From IMG/VR virus record IMGVR_UViG_3300032287_003113, positions 62,001 through 126,000 of that record: DNA of 64,000 nucleotides. One strand, 5' to 3'. This document shows positions 57,496 through 64,000 of the stretch, one piece after another; position 1 is the stretch's first letter, and each line of letters starts with the position of its first letter. Under the pieces are notes generated by a model. That model ran no database searches. It was not told the DNA's origin and worked only from the letters and a program-made list of their open reading frames with translations. A program made the position numbers and the translations under genes.

Positions 57496-57524
57496 AGTAT
57501 AGACTAATATTTGGAAAAGATCAA
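57496..57524 (-). promoter_or_regulatory. Sigma70-type promoter for gp47
   Basis: TTGATC-17 nt-TATACT, 7 nt before ATG. Confidence 0.7.
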
Positions 57525-57536
57525 ACGTTAATTTGT

Positions 57537-58427
57537 TCAATCATCGTAACCGCCATCGCTACCACCACTTGTTGCAGAAATTTTCATTCCTTGGCGTGTG
57601 TAACTTGGAGTTAGGTTATTCATTTCAAGTATATCGTCTCGAAGATTCTGATTACGCTTTTCAATATTAAGCACTCTGGTAAATGAGTTTGTGATGGCAG
57701 CTGTATAATATGCAAACGGATTTTGACTTTTGGCTTCGTCGAACTGTAGGCCAATCTGTGATAGTTGTAGTAATGCTTGTGATCGCATTTCATCATTATA
57801 AGTGTACCCACGCCAGTTACTACGTGTGGCATAGCGTTCACACAGCTTGATAAACATGTGAGCCAGCTTGGGAGTCATTTTGCCGTGTTCACGATTGAAT
57901 GCGCCTTTGACTAGATCGCCCTTCCAGTGGCTTTTGCCCACGCACACAGGCTCACCAGCTTCGTCAACTTTGTAGTGTTGGAACGGGGGAAAATTGCATT
58001 TGACGTATTTGGTATTACCAATCAAGTCTAAATCATCGTCGTCGTACTCACTACGTGGCACAGCACCTTCTTCTTCCTCTAAGGCTTTGACAGCGGCCTT
58101 GCGACTTTTTACATCATCCACAGGAATATGATCCCAGGTCATGATACGAAAAACCACATCTGTATCTTTGACATCTTTGAGTTTGACTTCAAATTCGTCT
58201 AATTTGCGTTTGGTGCCATCTGCCATAGCTGCTTCTAACGCCAGTTTAGCTAGCCTTACACATCGCTCCTTGCGAGCCAACATTATGTTCTTTTTGTTTA
58301 TTTTGCTCACATCGGGCAGTATTAAATCGTAGGCGTGATATTCTGGATCTGTGAAAGTGCAGTAGGTTGTTTTGCTTTTGTGAATCTCTTTTAGAATGTC
58401 TTTGTTGTTAAGATAATTATGGCGCAC
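57537..58427 (-). CDS. gp55: Late-transcription sigma factor with a large insertion
   Basis: HNYLNNKD N-terminus; NWRGYTYNDEM...FDEAKSQNPFAYYT....NSF.R.L..EK; start set at GTG 58427 behind AAGGA. Confidence 0.88.
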   Translation of the reverse strand: MRHNYLNNKDILKEIHKSKTTYCTFTDPEYHAYDLILPDVSKINKKNIMLARKERCVRLAKLALEAAMADGTKRKLDEFEVKLKDVKDTDVVFRIMTWDHIPVDDVKSRKAAVKALEEEEGAVPRSEYDDDDLDLIGNTKYVKCNFPPFQHYKVDEAGEPVCVGKSHWKGDLVKGAFNREHGKMTPKLAHMFIKLCERYATRSNWRGYTYNDEMRSQALLQLSQIGLQFDEAKSQNPFAYYTAAITNSFTRVLNIEKRNQNLRDDILEMNNLTPSYTRQGMKISATSGGSDGGYDD

Positions 58428-58451
58428 CTGTATTTCCTTTAAAGTTAGCAC

Positions 58452-58480
58452 ATACTAACATATTTACTTGCCCAGGTCAA
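58452..58480 (-). promoter_or_regulatory. Sigma70-type promoter with nested late box upstream of gp55
   Basis: TTGACC-17 nt-TAGTAT; TAAATA at 58461-66 in the spacer. Confidence 0.65.
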
Positions 58481-58529
58481 CCTAATTTTGAAAAATACCG
58501 AAAACATTATCTACGCCGTTATTGATATC

Positions 58530-58537
58530 TATAAATA
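58530..58537 (+). promoter_or_regulatory. Late promoter TATAAATA for the baseplate operon
   Basis: Perfect consensus, AGGA SD, ATG 58559. Confidence 0.8.
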
Positions 58538-58558
58538 CTGTATAACCAGGAAGTCACG

Positions 58559-59569
58559 ATGCCAGTTTTATCCAACGCACAATTACAAGGAAGCCCTGCC
58601 AACGGCTCACAGTCACTTGGCGCCCAATTGGGACAAAGCATCAACAATGGATTGATGGGTGCTGTGGGGCTAGCACCCAACGGCATGAGCGGACGTCAAA
58701 ACACAGCCGACATGTTTAGATACAGCAGCAGAACCACCGGACCGGCTCCTAGATTTGTGTACCCAGCATTTCCCAGCGCCAGTGCAGACTGGCGTGTGCG
58801 TGTGAGTCTAGCACCAAACAGCAAGTATTTTTACAATGATCCACAGGGCAATGCCCTATTGAGTCCGTTGATAGAATCCGGTGGCGGATCAGACAACAGC
58901 ATCGGCGCAGCATTCGGGCAATTGACCGGGCTTGGCGGAACAAAACGAGTGGGTGTAGTATTCCCTTACACTCCCACCATGACTGTAGCACACACCGCTA
59001 GTTACACTCCACAAAAATTGACACACAGCAATTATGCTCAGTATTTTTATGACAACAGCGAAGTTAGTGCAATAACACTCAACGCAGATTTCACTGTGCA
59101 AAACATCAACGAAGGACAGTACCTGTTGGCTGCTATCTATTTCTTTAGAAGCTGTACCAAAATGTTTTTTGGAGCTGGTCCCAATGCCGGTAATCCGCCC
59201 CCGATCGTTTATCTAAACGGTTATGGTCAGTATTACATGCCCAATGTGCCTTGTGTGGTCACCAGCTTTAGTCACACCATGCCAGCTGATGTGGACTATG
59301 TGGACGTTCCTGAACCCAGCGTTACTCGTGGCAGCATGGGACTGAATCCTAGACTAAACAGCACTCGCTTGCCTACTACCAGTCAGATGAGTTTGAGTCT
59401 ACAACCGGTGTACAGTCGTTATGCACAAAGCCAAGGCTTTAGTCTAGAAGACTTTGCTCGTGGCGCTTTAATTAATCCAGTTAGAGGTAACAATCCTGCC
59501 ACTGCATTTGGCGCTACACAGCCAACAAAGCATGTCAACAACACCGTTAAAAATGGTGGCTTCCTATAA
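58559..59569 (+). CDS. Baseplate tube-initiator-like protein (gp48-like)
   Basis: FPYTP...PPPIVYL.GYG...NVPCVVTSF; precedes the gp53-like gene. Confidence 0.55.
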   Translation: MPVLSNAQLQGSPANGSQSLGAQLGQSINNGLMGAVGLAPNGMSGRQNTADMFRYSSRTTGPAPRFVYPAFPSASADWRVRVSLAPNSKYFYNDPQGNALLSPLIESGGGSDNSIGAAFGQLTGLGGTKRVGVVFPYTPTMTVAHTASYTPQKLTHSNYAQYFYDNSEVSAITLNADFTVQNINEGQYLLAAIYFFRSCTKMFFGAGPNAGNPPPIVYLNGYGQYYMPNVPCVVTSFSHTMPADVDYVDVPEPSVTRGSMGLNPRLNSTRLPTTSQMSLSLQPVYSRYAQSQGFSLEDFARGALINPVRGNNPATAFGATQPTKHVNNTVKNGGFL

Positions 59570-59871
59570 TGGCAACATATTCACGCACTAGTCCATATGC
59601 CGGAACACAGACCTGGGGCAAGTTCCTGGATGTGTGGCCGGGTAAAACTATCTCAGCCAACATGACAGATGCAGTATATCAAATCGACCAAATATATAAC
59701 CTACGTCCGGACCTGTTGGCCAATGACATGTACCAGGACAGTAGCTTATGGTGGGTGTTTGCTGTACGCAATCCTGATGTGTTAAAAGATCCCTTGCTGA
59801 GTTTTACAACAGGCACAATCATTTATGTTCCTACCAAGGCAGTTATTCAACAGCAACTACTAGGCATTTAA
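59569..59871 (+). CDS. gp53: Baseplate wedge protein (LysM-like)
   Basis: RPDLLANDMYQDSSLWWVF..RN....DP......G..IYVP. Confidence 0.8.
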   Translation: MATYSRTSPYAGTQTWGKFLDVWPGKTISANMTDAVYQIDQIYNLRPDLLANDMYQDSSLWWVFAVRNPDVLKDPLLSFTTGTIIYVPTKAVIQQQLLGI

Positions 59872-59873
59872 CA

Positions 59874-62072
59874 ATGGCTATCAAACGTCAAGCAGAAACT
59901 GCTGCAATCGTCAATCCCTTGCATCGATACGCATCCTACACCTACTCGTGGAGCCTATGGTTGTTGGATCCATCTGACTACAACTCACTTATGAATTCTC
60001 TAGGGCCAGAAGAAGCTATGACATGGAAACCTGCCAGTAGTCGAAGTTTTGTGCTGGCCCAAGACGGAGGCCTCTATCCCGGGGAGAAGTTTAGACAGCC
60101 CGGCACTAACGGGTTAAACTATCATATACAAAATGTGCAATTTGATACTGTGGTAGCGCCAAATAAAACCAGCAGAAGCAGCAACACGATCAAAGGATCA
60201 ATGACCATATTGGAACCATATGGTGTAACCTTGATCGACTCGCTGGTTGCAGCATCGTTTGATGGAACAAAATTTAATAACTACACCCAAAATCCCTACA
60301 TGTTGCAACTGGAATTTTTTGGTTATGACGACAACGGAGAGCAAATTCCCAAAGGTCGTTCAGACCTTGTCACTTATAACAAACGTTTTCCTATCAGCTT
60401 GTTGACCATGAAGATCGAAGTCACTACCCGCGGCGCAGAATACAAGATAGATTTTGTGCCCGGCGGCGCCATGGTGCACCAATCAACTTCGTACAGCACC
60501 ACACCCGAACAATTTGACATCACAGCCGACACCGTTGACGCATTCTTTAACGGCCCCGACGGTCTGGCAGAGCAGTGGCAAGCATATTCTAATCAACAAG
60601 TAAAGCAAAAACAGGCAGAATTGGCAGACGGTATCTTTTTTAAAATTGATCCACTGATAGGTGAATCTAAAATAGTAAATGAAAGCAAAGTTTCTTTGGC
60701 CAAGGCCAATCCCAAAGCCAAAAACATAGATTTAAAAAGTTCAACATTTAGTATTCCTCGCGGAACCCCGATACTAGACATCATTACCAAAGTAATGGCG
60801 CACAGCGATTTTTTAATACAAAAACAATTGGGCTTAGAAGAGACCATTTATGAAAATCCCGACCTGTTTGACACAACAAAAGTATTCAATGCATTTAAAA
60901 CCACAACAAAATTAGAATACGGTGGCATAGATCTTACCGGGCAACGTCAAGGCCCAGCTATTGACATAATTACAGGACGGTACCCTAAGATTGTAACTTA
61001 TAACATACATCAGTATTCGATATGGAATGCCAAGCACCCAAAGGCAAACCAATTGGCCAACAGCTATCCGTACACAAACAAATACTACAATTACATTTAC
61101 ACTGGCCTAAACACAGATATCATTGATCTTAAAATAAATTTTGACAGCACCTATTACACCGCAATTATGGCCTTTACCAATACCAAGGCTGCAGAAGACT
61201 CAACCAAAGATACTGACGTGGCTGTGGCAAATAATACAGCCGAAGGCAGAAACACCACAATCGCTTTGAATCCAACAATTTTTGCAAAACTGTTCCCGCA
61301 ACTGGCGTCAATAGCAACTGTTACACCTCTACAGTATAGATTTATTGTGGATGATGTTCGTGAAACATCATTAATGAATGTCAAAGATCGGCCTGCGGCA
61401 CAGGTAGCAGCCGACGTGTTAAAAAGTATATATACCGCACAAAATCAAGAAATGTTGGCATTGCAATTGACCATTGTTGGCGATCCTACCTTGATCAAAC
61501 AAGACGATTGGTTGTATGTGCCTGACCCTAGAGATAATTCTGATTTTTCAGACTGGGACGTATCAAATGCAGATTATGCTCAACGCTACGGTCACATTCC
61601 TATGGATCGTGGAGAAGTGGCTGTACGTGTGATTATAAATTCTCCTGTTGACATGGATCTTGATTACGAAGATGGCAATCAAGGTCTGGCCTATCCCCAA
61701 CCCAAATACAGTCAAAGTTTGTTCAGTGGTCAATATAAAATTTTAACAATTACCAATCGATTTGCCAATGGTAAATTTGAGCAGGTATTAAATTTGGTCA
61801 GAATCATGGGCGACGAAATCCCAACAGCATTTGAGCTGGCAAGAAACGGCGATGGTAGAAACCCAGTTGAATTGGGCTCAAGGATTGACAAAGAACTGTC
61901 ACAGACCAATCCCAATCTGCCAGCTGGCGACTACGATCCCGACAATGTCGGTGCTAACGAACTCTCTCCGGGAACCACACTGATATTAAATCCCAGTGGC
62001 ACTGGATCTAAAGTCTGGGAGATACAAGTCAACGGACTAGGCCCTAGAGACGACAAACAAAACACGGAATAA
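59874..62072 (+). CDS. Baseplate hub protein (gp27-like)
   Basis: Lies between gp53 and gp5; LTIVGDP...FSGQYKILTITNRFANGKFEQ.L.L C-terminus. Confidence 0.6.
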   Translation: MAIKRQAETAAIVNPLHRYASYTYSWSLWLLDPSDYNSLMNSLGPEEAMTWKPASSRSFVLAQDGGLYPGEKFRQPGTNGLNYHIQNVQFDTVVAPNKTSRSSNTIKGSMTILEPYGVTLIDSLVAASFDGTKFNNYTQNPYMLQLEFFGYDDNGEQIPKGRSDLVTYNKRFPISLLTMKIEVTTRGAEYKIDFVPGGAMVHQSTSYSTTPEQFDITADTVDAFFNGPDGLAEQWQAYSNQQVKQKQAELADGIFFKIDPLIGESKIVNESKVSLAKANPKAKNIDLKSSTFSIPRGTPILDIITKVMAHSDFLIQKQLGLEETIYENPDLFDTTKVFNAFKTTTKLEYGGIDLTGQRQGPAIDIITGRYPKIVTYNIHQYSIWNAKHPKANQLANSYPYTNKYYNYIYTGLNTDIIDLKINFDSTYYTAIMAFTNTKAAEDSTKDTDVAVANNTAEGRNTTIALNPTIFAKLFPQLASIATVTPLQYRFIVDDVRETSLMNVKDRPAAQVAADVLKSIYTAQNQEMLALQLTIVGDPTLIKQDDWLYVPDPRDNSDFSDWDVSNADYAQRYGHIPMDRGEVAVRVIINSPVDMDLDYEDGNQGLAYPQPKYSQSLFSGQYKILTITNRFANGKFEQVLNLVRIMGDEIPTAFELARNGDGRNPVELGSRIDKELSQTNPNLPAGDYDPDNVGANELSPGTTLILNPSGTGSKVWEIQVNGLGPRDDKQNTE

Positions 62073-62080
62073 CACAGCAC

Positions 62081-63484
62081 ATGGCCACAGATCAAATTAG
62101 AAAATCCGGCGACGACCCTACTGCGGTAGGTGATGCTAAATCCACACCTAAAAATCCAGGTCCATACGAAGCGGTAGTGGTGGCCCACGCCACCGGCGCC
62201 AGACTGGGACAGTTGCGTGTCAGAGTCATCTCCACAACAGGTAGAAAGCCCGCGGGATTTGAAGATAATGCTGTAACGGCCAATTACTGTAGCCCATTCT
62301 TTGGAACAACTTACGGAACTGATCAACAATCTGCTGTGCCCGACGGGGCATTTACTTCAGGACAAAGCTACGGTATGTGGATGGTACCACCGGACATTGG
62401 CAACAAAGTATTGGTAATGTGTACACCCAATGGCGACTGGTATTGGATTGGTTGTATCTACGATAGTAGCAGTCATCACATGGTTCCGGCAATTGGCCGT
62501 AACATCGGCGGCAAGGACCGTACCAGAGCACCAGGATCCCTGCCGGCATCAGGATCCAGTAACTTGCCAGTGGTAGAGTACAACACCAAATATGAAACCA
62601 CAGCATTTGATGCCGACGGTTTAGAAAACACACCACGCTACACACACGAATTTCAAGTTGCCAAACTAGTAATGCAAGGCCTGGACAGAGACCCTATACG
62701 TGGCGCTATCAGTTCCAGTAGTATGCGTGAAAGCCCCAGCAACGTGTACGGTATCAGTACACCTGGACGAAAAGTAAGCAAAACGGATCAAGTGCCGGGC
62801 TCACCCGACTTGGTATATGCCAGACAAGGTGGTCACACGTTTGTGATGGATGACGGTGACAAAGACGGAAAAGATCAGCTGATGAGATTGCGTACCACGG
62901 GCGGTCATCAGATCTTGATGAATGATTCAGAAAACGTTTTGTACATCGCCAGTGCCAGCGGACAACACTGGCTAGAATTCAGCAAAAATGGCCAGATAAA
63001 CGTTTACGGTGCAGCCGGCTTTAATCTACGCACACAAGGAGTATTGAACCTACACAGCGATGTCATGCTGAACATGAGTGCTCCAAACATCAAAATGACT
63101 GCCATGGGCAACGACAAAGTACCTCTGGGATCGATTAACATGGCCACATCGGGCAACTTCAGTGCCAGTGCTGTGGGCATGGCCAGTTTAAAATGCAATG
63201 GTATGCTGACTTTAAGTGCCGTTGGCAAAGCCAGTTTGACTGCTGGCGGCTGGTTAAGTTTGAGCAGCGTAGTAAAAACTAGTGTGTTTGGCGGCATGCT
63301 GATGTTAAACTCGGGCAAGCCTGGCGTACCAATGCCAGTTACTCCGCCCACAGTCACACCAAAACCAGATACAAAATTACAAGGCGGCGTATGGAACACT
63401 GGCGGGGTAATCATGACAGCCTGCACAGTAGCACCGGCACATGAGCCATGGACAGACGCCAACGGACAAAGGCCTAAGAAATAA
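62081..63484 (+). CDS. gp5: Baseplate central spike (gp5/VgrG-like OB fold plus beta-helix), no internal lysozyme
   Basis: RLGQLRVR...PPDIGNKVLV...YWIGC; GGH.F.MDDG...RT.GGHQI; ends PAHEPW. Confidence 0.8.
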   Translation: MATDQIRKSGDDPTAVGDAKSTPKNPGPYEAVVVAHATGARLGQLRVRVISTTGRKPAGFEDNAVTANYCSPFFGTTYGTDQQSAVPDGAFTSGQSYGMWMVPPDIGNKVLVMCTPNGDWYWIGCIYDSSSHHMVPAIGRNIGGKDRTRAPGSLPASGSSNLPVVEYNTKYETTAFDADGLENTPRYTHEFQVAKLVMQGLDRDPIRGAISSSSMRESPSNVYGISTPGRKVSKTDQVPGSPDLVYARQGGHTFVMDDGDKDGKDQLMRLRTTGGHQILMNDSENVLYIASASGQHWLEFSKNGQINVYGAAGFNLRTQGVLNLHSDVMLNMSAPNIKMTAMGNDKVPLGSINMATSGNFSASAVGMASLKCNGMLTLSAVGKASLTAGGWLSLSSVVKTSVFGGMLMLNSGKPGVPMPVTPPTVTPKPDTKLQGGVWNTGGVIMTACTVAPAHEPWTDANGQRPKK

Positions 63485-64000
63485 TGGACGCAGGAATAGT
63501 TCAAGCCACCCGCACACTACCACCCAACCCTTTGCCAGTCAGTTGGCTGGGTCGCTCCGACATGGTTGCAGCTTGTCCAGACTGGGCAGTTATAGCACAG
63601 TTATCTAATATTCAACAACAAAATCTTCTGGCACAAATAGCCTACGTGTCCAGTGCCTGGGATTATACAAAAATTGGCACCAACAACGAGCTGGGTAGAT
63701 ATCAATTTGATACCGACACGTTAGAAACTTACAGTTTATTAACCACAGGATCAAATGCCAGCTACGGCACAGATTGCGTAAATTATCAACATTGTTGGCG
63801 AGCACCGTTTAGTACCTATGCTGATTATTTGACAGAAGTTGCCAACATAAACGATTTTTTAACCAACACATCAGCACAAGAACTTTTGGCCTATCAACGT
63901 CTAGTAGATCTATACAGTGATTGTATCAAAATTGCCGCGATAAAAATCAACGACACCGCAGATGTGGTGGCAGGTATGCTGTATGTGGCCTGGGAGTTAG
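63484..64000 (+). CDS. Lysozyme-fold-like protein, partial (runs off window end)
   Basis: Manual translation from TAATG overlap: MDAGIVQ...QIAYVSSAWDY...LGRYQF...DFLTN..AQE...VAGML; open to the window edge. Confidence 0.55.
   Translation, partial: MDAGIVQATRTLPPNPLPVSWLGRSDMVAACPDWAVIAQLSNIQQQNLLAQIAYVSSAWDYTKIGTNNELGRYQFDTDTLETYSLLTTGSNASYGTDCVNYQHCWRAPFSTYADYLTEVANINDFLTNTSAQELLAYQRLVDLYSDCIKIAAIKINDTADVVAGMLYVAWEL

Noticed and set aside
1-64000. Stop-codon recoding, inteins or introns in core genes
   Set aside because: Core genes are intact in the standard code with tight packing, and I saw no intein splice motifs in terL, gp46, portal or MCP.

Overview
This window is 64 kb of a large T4-like (myovirus) phage genome, read in the standard genetic code, and it holds most of the morphogenesis region. 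Head and packaging genes: 5' part of terminase gp17, a cluster of probable internal head proteins, gp4, MCP gp23, scaffold gp22, protease gp21 and portal gp20. Tail and baseplate genes: tube gp19, an enlarged sheath gp18, neck gp13/gp14/gp15, a ~20-kb array of Ser/Thr/Gly-rich fibre-like genes, a tape-measure-like gene, gp26 and gp48/53/27/5-like genes. Other core genes: dNMP kinase, an EndoII-like GIY-YIG nuclease, gp46/gp47 and late sigma gp55. Accessory enzymes sit among the core genes (SDR, NUDIX, two GT-like proteins, two SGNH-like proteins, radical SAM). Best leads: (1) a lambda G/GT-style -1 frameshift signature joining gp26 to a start-less downstream ORF; (2) a ~470-nt densely structured non-coding element directly downstream of the GIY-YIG nuclease; (3) many apparently leaderless genes with TAAATA or a -10 box 4-8 nt before the ATG; (4) a late-promoter SGNH-GT-SGNH cassette behind the capsid gene (possible virion glycosylation); (5) several promoter/hairpin translational switches. 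All family calls are motif recognition by eye; no searches were run.
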